From: Burkholderiales bacterium
GTDB lineage: Bacteria; Pseudomonadota; Gammaproteobacteria; Burkholderiales; Eutrophovitaceae
DNA length: 64,000 nucleotides
Reading direction: 5' to 3'
Assembly (NCBI GenBank): GCA_040880425.1
Contig: JBBDIL010000027.1
Span: 39,575-103,574 of the forward strand
Shown: positions 39,583 through 50,666 of the stretch, piece by piece
Numbering within the stretch: position 1 is the stretch's first letter
Layout: each line of letters opens with the position of its first letter
Notes under the pieces: generated by a model
Databases searched by the model: none
What the model was told of the DNA's origin: nothing
Seen by the model: the letters and a program-made list of their open reading frames with translations, nothing else
Position numbers and translations under genes: made by a program

Positions 39583-39636
39583 CCGCGCCGATTTGATGAA
39601 CAGCTTGCGGGCGCGTTAGAAATCCAGCTAAAGCGC
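39583..39636 (+). promoter_or_regulatory. Candidate SAM-II-like (H-type pseudoknot) riboswitch in the metZ leader
   Basis: P1 is cgcgcc (39584-89) paired with ggcgcg (39610-15). Loop gauuu (39590-94) pairs with tail aaauc (39620-24). Loop agcu (39602-05) pairs with tail agcu (39626-29). The AGCUAAAG tail recalls the SAM-II consensus (recalled from memory, not aligned). Confidence 0.45.
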
Positions 39637-39647
39637 GTCGGTCATCG

Positions 39648-39684
39648 AACCCGCTTTGCGAAAGCTGAGCGGGTTTTTTGTTTT
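39648..39684 (+). terminator. Intrinsic terminator/attenuator in the metZ leader
   Basis: aacccgct (39648-55) pairs with agcgggtt (39668-75), followed by ttttgtttt. It lies 48 nt before the metZ ATG. Confidence 0.65.
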
Positions 39685-39731
39685 CCGGACGGAGGTAGCC
39701 GGCCGGGACGGGGCATTTGAAGAGGTCGGAG

Positions 39732-40913
39732 ATGCGTTGGGACGAACTGGAAATGGAAACGCTGGCGGTGCGTGCGGGTATACACCGCAGCCAATTCGGC
39801 GAGCACTCGGAGGCGTTGTATTTGACTTCGAGTTTCGTGTTTCGCGATGCCGCCGAGGCGGCGCGCCGCTTCCTCGGCGAGGAAGACGGCATGGTCTATT
39901 CACGTTACACCAACCCGACGGTCGCCGCATTGCAGGAAAGACTGGCGGCGATGGAGCGGGCAGAGTGCTGTTTCGCCACTGCGTCGGGAATGTCGGCGAT
40001 CCTCGCCTGCGTCATGGGACTGATGAAGAGCGGCGACCATGTGGTTGCCTCGCACAGCCTTTTCGGCGCCACCGTGCAGCTCTTCAACGGCATCCTCAAG
40101 CGTTTTGGCGTGGAGGTGAGCTGGGTTGCTTCCACCGATGCCGCAGCCTGGGAAGCGGCGATCCGGCCGTCCACCCGCATGTTGTTCCTGGAGACGCCCT
40201 CCAATCCGATGACCGAAGTCTTTGACATTGCCGCACTCGCGGATGTCGCGCATCGGCATGGCGCCCTGCTCGCAGTCGACAACTGCTTCTGCACGCCGAT
40301 CCTGCAAAGGCCGCTGGAACTCGGCGCCGACATCGTCATTCATTCGGCGACCAAGTATCTCGATGGCCAGGGCAGGGTGCTGGGCGGTGCCGTGCTCGGG
40401 CGCAAGGACTTGCTGTTCGAAGGACTGAACGGATTCCTGCGCAGCGCCGGCCCGGCGCTTTCGCCGTTCAATGCCTGGGTGATTCTGAAGGGGCTGGAGA
40501 CCCTGAAACTGCGCATGGACGCGCATTGCCGGTCCGCGCTGGAGATCGCGACCTGGTTGCAGGCGCATCCAAAGATCGAGCGTGTCTACTATCCAGGCCT
40601 TTCGTCGCATCCGCAACACGCGCTCGCTGCCCGTCAGCAGAGCGCCGGCGGCGGCGTCGTGTCATTTGTCGTCAAAGGCGGGCGCGAGGCCGCATGGAAG
40701 GTCATCGATTCCACCCAACTGGTTTCGATTACCGCCAATCTCGGCGACGCCAAGACTACCATCACGCACCCTGCAAGCACGACTCACGGACGGCTCGCAC
40801 CGGAACTGCGTCAGGCCGCGGGCATCGTCGAGGGTCTGGTCAGGGTTGCGGTGGGACTTGAAGCGCTTTCTGACATTCAGTCCGATCTGGCGCGAGGGCT
40901 CGCGAAGATCTAG
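39732..40913 (+). CDS. metZ: O-succinylhomoserine sulfhydrylase
   Basis: Cys/Met-metabolism PLP family (SRYTNPTV, PLP site SATKYLDGQG). ATG 39732 has GAGG 6 nt upstream. The track TTG 39717 is less likely. Confidence 0.9.
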   Translation: MRWDELEMETLAVRAGIHRSQFGEHSEALYLTSSFVFRDAAEAARRFLGEEDGMVYSRYTNPTVAALQERLAAMERAECCFATASGMSAILACVMGLMKSGDHVVASHSLFGATVQLFNGILKRFGVEVSWVASTDAAAWEAAIRPSTRMLFLETPSNPMTEVFDIAALADVAHRHGALLAVDNCFCTPILQRPLELGADIVIHSATKYLDGQGRVLGGAVLGRKDLLFEGLNGFLRSAGPALSPFNAWVILKGLETLKLRMDAHCRSALEIATWLQAHPKIERVYYPGLSSHPQHALAARQQSAGGGVVSFVVKGGREAAWKVIDSTQLVSITANLGDAKTTITHPASTTHGRLAPELRQAAGIVEGLVRVAVGLEALSDIQSDLARGLAKI

Positions 40914-41635
40914 GGAAGTTTCTCGCTGCGGCAGCCGTCAGCATCGCAGGCAAGGTAACTGCGATGCTCATACCAGTCGGCCAGCACCCAGCGTTCGCAG
41001 GTGCGGCCGTCGACGACATGCTCATGTCGTGCGGGCCGATGCGTGTGCCCGTGGATCAGCCGCGGGTAACGGTGCCTGCGCAAGGTTTCTTCGACCGTGG
41101 CAGGGGCCACGTCCATGATGGCTTCCTGTTTGGCCTGCTTCGCCTGCTCGCTCTCGCCGCGTACTGCTCGTGCGGCCGCGATACGCTCCTCCAGCGGCTT
41201 CGCGAGGAACCCGGCCTGCCACTGCGGGTCCCGCACCATCTGGCGGAAGCGCTGATACTCGACGTCATCCGTGCACAGCGTGTCGCCGTGCATAAGCAAT
41301 GTGGGTGTTCCGTAAAGGTCGACCAGCGTCGGATCCTGAAGCGGTTGCATCCCGCTCTCGCGTGCAAATCGTTCGCCGATCAGAAAGTCGCGGTTGCCAT
41401 GCATAAAGAAGATCTGCGTGCCGTGACTGTGAAGCCGCGCGAAGGCGTCCACCACTTGCCGGTGAAAAGGCAGGGCAAGGGTGTCGTCACCGATCCAATA
41501 ATCGAACAGGTCGCCCAGGACATACAGGCGTTCCGCGGAGACGGCGGTGTCGGCCAGGAACCGCAGCAGCGCATCGGTTGCCGGCGGTCTGTCGGGTGAA
41601 AGATGCAGGTCGGAAATGAAGAATGCCGGTCGCAA
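40910..41635 (-). CDS. lpxH: UDP-2,3-diacylglucosamine diphosphatase
   Basis: 241 aa with the calcineurin-like motifs FISDLHL, GDLFDYWIGDD, GNRDF and HGHTH. Confidence 0.93.
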   Translation of the reverse strand: MRPAFFISDLHLSPDRPPATDALLRFLADTAVSAERLYVLGDLFDYWIGDDTLALPFHRQVVDAFARLHSHGTQIFFMHGNRDFLIGERFARESGMQPLQDPTLVDLYGTPTLLMHGDTLCTDDVEYQRFRQMVRDPQWQAGFLAKPLEERIAAARAVRGESEQAKQAKQEAIMDVAPATVEETLRRHRYPRLIHGHTHRPARHEHVVDGRTCERWVLADWYEHRSYLACDADGCRSEKLP

Positions 41636-41690
41636 GTGAATCAGCTCTGCTCTGACTTTCCGAATGCGCCTGGATCTCGCCAGACTGCGT

Positions 41691-42197
41691 TCAGGCCGAA
41701 ACTTTCTCGGCGCGCGTGATTACCACGTCTTCCACCGGCACGTCCTGGTGAAAGCCGCTGGATCCTGTGCGCACGCTTTTGATCTTGTCGACAACATCCT
41801 GGCCCTCGACCACCTTGCCGAAAACGCAGTAGCCCCAGCCCTGCGGATTCGGCGCGGTGTGGTTCAGAAAGCCGTTGTCGGCGACATTGATGAAGAACTG
41901 CGCCGTGGCTGAGTGCGGATCCGAGGTTCGCGCCATTGCGATCGTGTAGGCGGCATTCTTCAATCCGTTGTCTGCTTCGTTACGGATGGATTCGCCCGTC
42001 GGTTTCTCCTTCATTCCCGGCTCGAACCCGCCGCCCTGTAACATGAACCCGTCGATGACGCGGTGGAAAATAGTGCCGTCGTAAAAACCCTTGCCGACGT
42101 AATGCAAGAAATTCTTCACCGTTTCCGGCGCATTTGTCTGGTCAAGTTCGAGAACCATGTTGCCGAGGGAAGTCTGTAACAAGACGCGTTCGGTCAT
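41691..42197 (-). CDS. ppiB: Peptidyl-prolyl cis-trans isomerase B (cytoplasmic cyclophilin)
   Basis: 168 aa with FHRVI.GFM.QGGG and no signal peptide. Confidence 0.93.
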   Translation of the reverse strand: MTERVLLQTSLGNMVLELDQTNAPETVKNFLHYVGKGFYDGTIFHRVIDGFMLQGGGFEPGMKEKPTGESIRNEADNGLKNAAYTIAMARTSDPHSATAQFFINVADNGFLNHTAPNPQGWGYCVFGKVVEGQDVVDKIKSVRTGSSGFHQDVPVEDVVITRAEKVSA

Positions 42198-42766
42198 TCG
42201 GCAGCCTCCATGACTCGCGCCGACTGGATGACGATATCTTCCTGCGGCACGTCCTTTGGGAACGGACCGCCCGCGCCGGTGCGCGCGGCGGCGATCTTCT
42301 CCACGACATTCATGCCTTCGACTACCTTGCCAAACACGCAGTAGCCGAAACCGCGTGCGGTCGGCGCGGTATGGTCGAGAAATGCGTTGTCGGCCACGTT
42401 GATGAAAAACTGTGCAGTGGCGGAATGCGGGTTCGGGGTGCGCGCCATGGCGATGGTGCCGATCCGGTTCCTGAGTCCGTTCGTCGCTTCGTTCTGGATC
42501 GGCTCCCGGGGGTCCTTCTGTTCGAATCTCTGCGTGAATCCGCCTCCCTGCACCATGAAGCCAGGGATGACACGATGAAATATCGTGCCGTCGTAAAAAC
42601 CGTCATTAACGTACTGGAGAAAATTCTCGACGGTGTTCGGTGCCTGCTCGGGATACAGTTCCAGTGTGATGGCGCCAAGGCTGGTGGTGAGTTCCACCCG
42701 CGGGTTCGCGGCATGTGCATTCATCGCCATCAGCAGGACGCAGGCCGCGGCAATCAGATACTTCAT
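42194..42766 (-). CDS. ppiA: Peptidyl-prolyl cis-trans isomerase A (periplasmic cyclophilin)
   Basis: 190 aa with signal peptide [19 protein letters not shown] and a cyclophilin core. There is a 4-nt overlap with ppiB. Confidence 0.9.
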   Translation of the reverse strand: MKYLIAAACVLLMAMNAHAANPRVELTTSLGAITLELYPEQAPNTVENFLQYVNDGFYDGTIFHRVIPGFMVQGGGFTQRFEQKDPREPIQNEATNGLRNRIGTIAMARTPNPHSATAQFFINVADNAFLDHTAPTARGFGYCVFGKVVEGMNVVEKIAAARTGAGGPFPKDVPQEDIVIQSARVMEAAE

Positions 42767-42815
42767 CGGGTTTCCTTTTTTCTAAGCGTGATTCTCTTGC
42801 AAGGACGCGCCTCTG

Positions 42816-44051
42816 TCAGGCGGCGCCCTCGTAAACGATACGCCAGCGGTTGTCGTTCTCGCGGATCCAGTACTGGCGTTTTTTCATGGTGTTGCTCAGG
42901 TTGCTGCTCGCATAGTCCTGTTTGAAGGTCACTACCGCAAGGTTCTCTTCGCCGGGATAAAGCATCATCGACAATTCGTCCACGCCGACCTTGATCCATG
43001 ATTTCGCGGCATTGACTTGGCGTTTGTGCGCTGACCATTCCGCGAAGTTCGTGTGTCCGGCAGAGAAGCTTCTCGAGTAATGTTTCAGATAGGTTTCGGT
43101 ATTCAGGCTTTCCCAGTCCTTGCGCCAGCGGTCGACATGCGCCAGCAGTTCCTGTCGCTGTGCCGCAACTTCTTGCGGCTTTGCCCAGGACATCGACTCC
43201 GAGATCAGCACGGGTGTACTGCCAAGGTCGAGATACTGGGAGAGCGCGACCAGGTCCTCGTTCGACAGCACCACGCAGCCGTCACTCGCGCGTGGCGCAC
43301 GGCTATAGGTGTCGCGCGGCGTTCCATGCAGCCAGATTCCGTATCCGTCGCGCCGTTGCCTGCGATCCCACTCGTTGGGATAGTTGATCGGGAACGCTCC
43401 GCTGCCGTAAAAGTCGGTAAGCCGTTCCTGGGGCATCCGGCTGGTCACGTGATACACGCCGACCGGCGTCTTCCTGTCGCCTTCCCGCTGTTTGGCAATG
43501 CCGTTGCGTCCGATGCTGATGTAGTAGTCGGCGACATAATGCAGCGTGCCTTGCCTGTTCTCGAATACGAACAGGGTCGACTTGGAAGTGTCGATGGCCA
43601 ACGCATAGCGGCTGTCTGCCGGCGGCTGCAGGAAATGGCGCGGCGCGAGATCTTCTGTCGGCTGAAACGATGAACGGGCGAGTCTGGCGAGGGCCTCGTC
43701 ACGGAAATCCGCGAGATGATCCAGGGATGCGCCGGGCGCTGCGCCCACAGTCTGGATCGGCCGCGCCCGCGCGAGCAACAGGTCGCCCCGGATCAGCTGC
43801 GCCAGCCGGAAGTTCGGCTCCACTGCCAGAATGCTGTCAATGTTTTCGAGTGCCGTCGCAATGCGGTTCTCGCTGATATTGACCAGGGCCTGGACCAGCA
43901 TGGCTTCAGGCGGCGCCAGACGGCGTTCGATCTGGGCGCGTGTAGGCAGGAAAGTGATCGACCACGCATAGGAAGCGGCGGCAAGCGCAATGACCACTAG
44001 GGCCTGGAACAGCGGTTGCCGGAAGCCGGCCTGCTGATGTCTTGATCGCAT
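42816..44051 (-). CDS. L,D-transpeptidase (YkuD) family protein with C-terminal NTF2-like module
   Basis: Catalytic motif GIWLHGTP...SDGCVVLSN. In-frame ATG 44051 (MRSRHQQAG... then a TM anchor) is chosen because the longer track ORF would overlap the upstream gene. Confidence 0.8.
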   Translation of the reverse strand: MRSRHQQAGFRQPLFQALVVIALAAASYAWSITFLPTRAQIERRLAPPEAMLVQALVNISENRIATALENIDSILAVEPNFRLAQLIRGDLLLARARPIQTVGAAPGASLDHLADFRDEALARLARSSFQPTEDLAPRHFLQPPADSRYALAIDTSKSTLFVFENRQGTLHYVADYYISIGRNGIAKQREGDRKTPVGVYHVTSRMPQERLTDFYGSGAFPINYPNEWDRRQRRDGYGIWLHGTPRDTYSRAPRASDGCVVLSNEDLVALSQYLDLGSTPVLISESMSWAKPQEVAAQRQELLAHVDRWRKDWESLNTETYLKHYSRSFSAGHTNFAEWSAHKRQVNAAKSWIKVGVDELSMMLYPGEENLAVVTFKQDYASSNLSNTMKKRQYWIRENDNRWRIVYEGAA

Positions 44052-44059
44052 GTGCTGGA

Positions 44060-45019
44060 CTATCGGCCGATCGTTTCGCGCCGGATCAGCCAGCGGTTGT
44101 TCACGCGCGACATGATCAACGTCTTCACATCGGTGCTGGTGAGAATATTCGACTTGTAAGTCTGTCTGAAAACGACCGTGGCCCTGTCGTCGCTTTCGAA
44201 GGAAACGTCCGGCGAAGCCACCGTGACTTCTATCCACTCTGGCGCGGAGACACGCTCCCGGCGCAAGTTTGCCCACGCCTCACGGTTCTCCCCGCGCGGA
44301 GTCTGAAAATCCGGGGCGTAGCTTGCGAGATAGGCGTTCACGTCCTGTCTTGACCACGCGCGTGCCCAGTTGTCGACCGCCGCCAGTACGTCAGCGGATC
44401 GATCGGCGGGGCGCTCGGCAACCGGGGCGGGTTCCGGGGCCGCCGGTTTCGCGGCTGGCGCCGCCACTGGCGCGGCGGCGGGCGCTGCAACCGGCGCGGG
44501 TTCCGGCGTGCTCGAGAACAGTTCGCGGATCAGCGAAAGTTTGGTCTGCGCTGTCGTGCTGCTGCGATCGAGCTGCAACGCCTTGTCATAGGCTTCGCTC
44601 GCCATCTTTGCGTATACGTCGCCCAGGTTCTCGTGGGCGATGGCATAACTCGGATGTGTACGAATGGCCATCTCCAACGCCCGTTGCGCTTCGGCGTAGT
44701 GGCCTTGTGCGGCGTGCAGAACCGCAAGGTTGTTGTACGGTTCGGGCAGTTCCGGGTAGTCGGCAGTCAGGGCAGTGAATACGCGGATCGCCTCTTGTGG
44801 CTTGTCCTGCTCGGTCAGGATCAGACCTTTGAGGAATCGGGAGCGGGCATCCTTCGGATTGCCCACGAGCACTGCGTCGACTTTCGTCATCGCCGCACTG
44901 AGCCGCCCCTGTTTGAACAGTTGCGCGGCTTCCTGATAGTCATCGGCCCGGGCCGCGCTGAGCGCGACGAACAGCGAGAGTGCGACCGCGAGTGCTGCGC
45001 TAAGACGTGACGGTTTCAT
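44060..45019 (-). CDS. Secreted TPR protein with C-terminal NTF2-like module
   Basis: 319 aa with signal peptide ...LSAARA/DD, TPRs, a Pro/Ala linker, and a C-terminal ~105 aa segment homologous to the C-terminus of the adjacent L,D-transpeptidase. Confidence 0.7.
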   Translation of the reverse strand: MKPSRLSAALAVALSLFVALSAARADDYQEAAQLFKQGRLSAAMTKVDAVLVGNPKDARSRFLKGLILTEQDKPQEAIRVFTALTADYPELPEPYNNLAVLHAAQGHYAEAQRALEMAIRTHPSYAIAHENLGDVYAKMASEAYDKALQLDRSSTTAQTKLSLIRELFSSTPEPAPVAAPAAAPVAAPAAKPAAPEPAPVAERPADRSADVLAAVDNWARAWSRQDVNAYLASYAPDFQTPRGENREAWANLRRERVSAPEWIEVTVASPDVSFESDDRATVVFRQTYKSNILTSTDVKTLIMSRVNNRWLIRRETIGR

Positions 45020-45219
45020 CTGCTATACTTCGCCTCAAGTAGTAACGGTATGCTATTGATAAATAATAATTGATTCTACCAACAAGTGCCGGTCGGCGAC
45101 AATCTCTATGTAATGCCCTGCCGGCCTGCCCGATTGCCCCTGCCTGTACGCGTTCCGTCCACTCGCCAAGTGCATCCGGTAATCTGAAGCTCGCCCCGAA
45201 ATCCCGGATACCAAGCCAG

Positions 45220-46623
<1,404 letters not shown>

Positions 46624-46641
46624 CGATCGGCCGCATTGACG

Positions 46642-46674
46642 AGAAGGCCGCCCGAGGGCGGCCTTCTTTAGTTT
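46642..46674 (+). terminator. Intrinsic terminator after cysS (convergent with dnaJ)
   Basis: Perfect 11-bp stem agaaggccgcc paired with ggcggccttct, loop cgag, then ttagttt. Confidence 0.65.
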
Positions 46675-46687
46675 GCCGGCGCCGGCG

Positions 46688-47812
46688 CTACTCCGCGAAG
46701 AACTCCTTGACGCGGTCCATCCAACCCCTGGCTCTCGGGTTGTGGCGGGAATCGTCCTGCTGGTTGATCTCCTCCAGTTCGAGCAGAAGTTCCTTCTGTC
46801 TCGCCGTCAGGTTGACCGGTGTTTCAGTGGAGACGTGCACCAGCAGGTCTCCCTGCATCTGGGTGCGAACGCCTTTGACGCCTTTCCCGCGCAGACGGAA
46901 TACCTTGCCGGTCTGTGTGCCTGCCGGGATCTTTATTTTGGCGTAGCCATCCAGGGTCGGGATCTCGATCTCCCCCCCGAGTGCCGCCTTGGTAAAGCTG
47001 ATCGGCATCTCGCAGTGCAGATCGTTGCCGTCGCGCTGGAAGACTTCGTGCGGCCGGATGTGGATCACCACGTACAAATCGCCGGACGGGCCTCCGTTCA
47101 CACCGGATTCGCCTTCTCCGGACAGGCGGATGCGGTCGCCCTCGTCTACGCCGGCCGGAATCTTGACCGACAGCGTCTTCTGGCGTTTCACCCTTCCCGC
47201 ACCCGCGCAACTGCCGCACGGATTCTGCACCACCTTGCCCGTGCCATGACATTTGGGGCAGGTCTGCGCAATGGAGAAGAATCCCTGGGTCATTCGCACC
47301 TGACCATGGCCGCCGCAGGTCGGGCAGACCACCGGCTCGGTGCCGGCTTTTGCGCCGGTCCCGCTGCAGGTTTCGCATTCTTCCATGGTCGGGATGCGGA
47401 TACGGGTTTCGGTGCCGCGCGCCGCATCCTCGAGCGAGACTTCCAGGTTGTAGCGCAGATCCGCGCCGCGATAGACATTTGAGCGGCCGCGGCCGCCACC
47501 ACCGCCAAAAATATCCCCGAATATGTCGCTGAAGGCATCGGCAAAATTGCCGAATCCGGCGCCTGCCGCGCCCATGCCCGAGTGAGGATCGACGCCGGCG
47601 TGGCCGTACTGATCGTAGGCGGCGCGCTTCTGCGCGTCGCTCAGGACCTCGTAGGCTTCCTTGGCTTCCTTGAACGCTTCTTCTGCCTTCGGATTCTCCG
47701 GGTTGCGATCCGGGTGATGCTTCATCGCCAGCCTGCGATAGGCTTTCTTGATCTCCTCGTCGGAGACATCCCGGTTGATCCCGAGTACTTCGTAGTAATC
47801 GCGCTTCGCCAT
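46688..47812 (-). CDS. dnaJ: Molecular chaperone DnaJ
   Basis: 374 aa with a J-domain (HPD), a G/F region and four CxxCxGxG zinc motifs. Confidence 0.98.
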   Translation of the reverse strand: MAKRDYYEVLGINRDVSDEEIKKAYRRLAMKHHPDRNPENPKAEEAFKEAKEAYEVLSDAQKRAAYDQYGHAGVDPHSGMGAAGAGFGNFADAFSDIFGDIFGGGGGRGRSNVYRGADLRYNLEVSLEDAARGTETRIRIPTMEECETCSGTGAKAGTEPVVCPTCGGHGQVRMTQGFFSIAQTCPKCHGTGKVVQNPCGSCAGAGRVKRQKTLSVKIPAGVDEGDRIRLSGEGESGVNGGPSGDLYVVIHIRPHEVFQRDGNDLHCEMPISFTKAALGGEIEIPTLDGYAKIKIPAGTQTGKVFRLRGKGVKGVRTQMQGDLLVHVSTETPVNLTARQKELLLELEEINQQDDSRHNPRARGWMDRVKEFFAE

Positions 47813-47837
47813 TGTTCTCTTCTGGTTGCCGGCAAAC

Positions 47838-47876
47838 GAAGAGGAGTGTGCGGACGTATCCGCCTCACTCCTCCTG
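47838..47876 (-). promoter_or_regulatory. dnaK-dnaJ intercistronic hairpin
   Basis: gaagaggagtg-tgcgga-cgta-tccgcc-tcactcctcctg forms a nested purine/pyrimidine stem. Confidence 0.4.
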
Positions 47877-47903
47877 CGTCATTGCCGTGTGCCCGTGCGG
47901 GCG

Positions 47904-49838
47904 TCAGGCGGACTTCTTCTTGCCGTCCTTGACCTCTTCGTATTCTGCGTCAACCACGTCGCTGTCCTGTTTGGCGCCGTCGGCCTCGGGCGCCGGTTGA
48001 TCTCCGGCCTGGTCCTGAGCCGCCTGACCGTACATCTTCTCGGCCAGCTTGTGCGATGCTTCCGCCAGCGACTTGGTTTTCGCCTCGATTTCTTCCTTGT
48101 CGTTGCTCTTGAGCGCAGCTTCTGCGTCCTTCACCGCGGTCTCGATGCGTTCCTTCTCCGCTGCGTCGATCTTGTCGCCGTGCTCGGTCAACGATTTCCT
48201 GACCGTGTGGATCAGCGCATCGCATTGATTACGGGCGTCGACCAGCTCGCGCGCCTTGCGGTCGTCCTCGGCATGCACCTCGGCATCCTTCACCATGCGC
48301 TGGATCTCGTCCTCGTTCAGGCCAGAGCTCGCCTGGATCTTGATCTTGTTCTCCTTGCCGGTGGCCTTGTCCTTGGCCGAGACATGCAGGATGCCGTTCG
48401 CGTCGATATCGAACATGACCTCGATCTGCGGCATGCCGCGGGGCGCCGGCGGGATGTCGGTCAGGTTGAACTGGCCGAGCGACTTGTTGTCGCGCGCCAT
48501 TTCGCGCTCGCCCTGCAGCACGTGGATGGTCACCGCGGTCTGGCTGTCGTCGGCGGTGGAGAACACCTGCTGCGCCTTGGTCGGAATCGTGGTGTTCTTC
48601 TGGATCAGCTTGGTCATCACGCCGCCGAGCGTCTCGATACCGAGCGACAACGGCGTCACGTCCAGCAGCAGCACGTCCTTGACGTCGCCCTGCATTACGC
48701 CGGCCTGGATGGCCGCACCGACCGCAACCGCCTCGTCCGGGTTTACGTCCTTGCGCGGCTCCTTGCCGAAGAATTCGCGCACGACTTCCTGCACCTTCGG
48801 CATGCGCGTCTGCCCGCCGACCAGGATCACGTCATCGATATCCGACACCTTCACGCCGGCGTCCTTGATCGCGATGCGGCACGGTTCGATCGTTCTCTTC
48901 ACCAGTTCCTCGACCAGGCTCTCGAACTTGGCGCGGGTAATTTTTACGGCGAGGTGCTTCGGTCCGGAAGCATCCGCAGTGATATACGGCAGATTGACCT
49001 CGGTCTGCTGGCTGGATGACAGCTCGATCTTCGCCTTCTCGGCGCCTTCCTTGAGCCGCTGCAGGGCCAGCATATCGGAGCGCAAGTCGATGCCTTGCTC
49101 CTTCTTGAACTCGTCTGCGAGATAGTCGATCAGGCGCTCGTCGAAGTCCTCGCCCCCAAGGAAGGTGTCGCCGTTGGTGGAAAGCACCTCGAACTGGTGT
49201 TCGCCCTCCACCGCAGCGATCTCGATGATGGAGATATCGAACGTGCCGCCGCCCAGGTCGTATACCGCGACCTTGCGATCACCCTGCTTCTTGTCCATAC
49301 CGAACGCCAGTGCCGCGGCAGTTGGCTCGTTGATGATGCGCTTCACCTCCAGGCCTGCGATGCGGCCGGCATCCTTGGTTGCCTGGCGCTGCGAGTCGTT
49401 GAAGTAGGCGGGCACGGTAATGACCGCCTCGGTCACCGGTTCTCCCAGATAGTCCTCGGCGGTTTTCTTCATTTTCATCAGCACCTGCGCCGACACTTCG
49501 GGCGGCGCCATCTTTTTGCCGCGCACCTCGATCCATGCGTCGCCGTTCTGTGCCTCGATAATCTTGAAAGGCGAGTTCTTGATCGCCTTTTGCACTTCCT
49601 TGTCGCCGAAGCGGCGACCGATCAGGCGCTTGACGGCGTACAGCGTGTTTTTCGCATTGGTCACGGCCTGACGCTTGGCCGGCGCGCCGACCAGCACCTC
49701 GCCGTCTTCCATGTAAGCGACTACCGAAGGCGTGGTGCGCGTGCCTTCCGCGTTTTCGATAACCTTGGCCTGGCCGTTCTCCATGACTGCTACGCAGGAG
49801 TTGGTGGTTCCCAGGTCGATGCCGATGATCTTTGCCAT
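47904..49838 (-). CDS. dnaK: Molecular chaperone DnaK (Hsp70)
   Basis: 644 aa with [17 protein letters not shown] and other Hsp70 motifs. Confidence 0.99.
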   Translation of the reverse strand: MAKIIGIDLGTTNSCVAVMENGQAKVIENAEGTRTTPSVVAYMEDGEVLVGAPAKRQAVTNAKNTLYAVKRLIGRRFGDKEVQKAIKNSPFKIIEAQNGDAWIEVRGKKMAPPEVSAQVLMKMKKTAEDYLGEPVTEAVITVPAYFNDSQRQATKDAGRIAGLEVKRIINEPTAAALAFGMDKKQGDRKVAVYDLGGGTFDISIIEIAAVEGEHQFEVLSTNGDTFLGGEDFDERLIDYLADEFKKEQGIDLRSDMLALQRLKEGAEKAKIELSSSQQTEVNLPYITADASGPKHLAVKITRAKFESLVEELVKRTIEPCRIAIKDAGVKVSDIDDVILVGGQTRMPKVQEVVREFFGKEPRKDVNPDEAVAVGAAIQAGVMQGDVKDVLLLDVTPLSLGIETLGGVMTKLIQKNTTIPTKAQQVFSTADDSQTAVTIHVLQGEREMARDNKSLGQFNLTDIPPAPRGMPQIEVMFDIDANGILHVSAKDKATGKENKIKIQASSGLNEDEIQRMVKDAEVHAEDDRKARELVDARNQCDALIHTVRKSLTEHGDKIDAAEKERIETAVKDAEAALKSNDKEEIEAKTKSLAEASHKLAEKMYGQAAQDQAGDQPAPEADGAKQDSDVVDAEYEEVKDGKKKSA

Positions 49839-49884
49839 GACGAGTCCTTTGTTCAGAAATCCGAAATCTTGCGTTACCGCAGAA

Positions 49885-49912
49885 GGTTAGGGCGGAACGA
49901 CGCTTTTTCAAG
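49885..49912 (-). promoter_or_regulatory. Candidate sigma32 (heat-shock) promoter for dnaK
   Basis: On the - strand: CTTGAAA, 13 nt, CCCTAACC. The E. coli consensus is CTTGAAA-N13/14-CCCCATNT. The -35 element overlaps the grpE stop codon. Confidence 0.5.
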
Positions 49913-50480
49913 CATCTTTGGATTTGGCCACGCTGACCAGAGCCGGCCGGATCACCCGGTCATGGAGCTCATAGCCTTTCTGGAGCACCGTCACCACCGT
50001 ATTGGGTTCCGCGTCGGACTCCACGGTATTCATCGCGTGGTGCTTGTGCGGGTCCAGTTTCTCCCCTAATGGATTGATTTCCTTGATGTTGGCCTTGGAG
50101 AGGGCTGTATCCAGCTGTTTCAGCGTGAGTTCCACGCCACTCCTGAGCGCCTCTGCGCCGGCGCTCCCGGCGTCCCGCGCCGCTTCCAGGCTGTCGCGTA
50201 CCGGCAGCAGTTCCTGAGCGAAGCTCTCCAGAGCGTACTTGTGGGCATTGGCTACTTCGGTCTGCGCACGTTTGCGGATATTCTCCGCCTCGGCTTTGGC
50301 TCTCAGCCAGGCATCGTGGTGCTCCTGTGCGGCCAGTTCCGCCTGCCTCAGCAATTGCTCGATACCGGGCATCACCTCCGCGCCGGCTGCATCGCCTGCC
50401 CGGTCGGAATGCCCGCTGGTGTCCTGCGTCGGGGCAGAATCTGCTGCCTGAACCGCCGAACGGCTTTCGTTGTCCTGCAT
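49908..50480 (-). CDS. grpE: Nucleotide exchange factor GrpE
   Basis: Starts MQDNES..., with AAGGAGG 6 nt upstream. The C-terminal GrpE core reads GYELHDRVIRPALV. Confidence 0.93.
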   Translation of the reverse strand: MQDNESRSAVQAADSAPTQDTSGHSDRAGDAAGAEVMPGIEQLLRQAELAAQEHHDAWLRAKAEAENIRKRAQTEVANAHKYALESFAQELLPVRDSLEAARDAGSAGAEALRSGVELTLKQLDTALSKANIKEINPLGEKLDPHKHHAMNTVESDAEPNTVVTVLQKGYELHDRVIRPALVSVAKSKDA

Positions 50481-50510
50481 CAAGTCCTCCTTGAAACCTG
50501 TCTGATTGTT

Positions 50511-50538
50511 TATTTGGGCGGGCGCGGAGAATTTCAAG
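50511..50538 (-). promoter_or_regulatory. Candidate sigma32 promoter for grpE
   Basis: On the - strand: CTTGAAA, 13 nt, CCCAAATA. It lies ~30 nt upstream of the grpE RBS. Confidence 0.55.
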
Positions 50539-50666
50539 GCCGCCGCAAAGTTGACTGAATGGTGCCGAGGGCTGCTGATGTGCGATCGCGGGCGCGAATC
50601 GCGATCGTCGGGCCCGTATACTACGCCGTTTCACGCGGGCCGTGCCCGCAGCGCCTGGAGTTGGCT

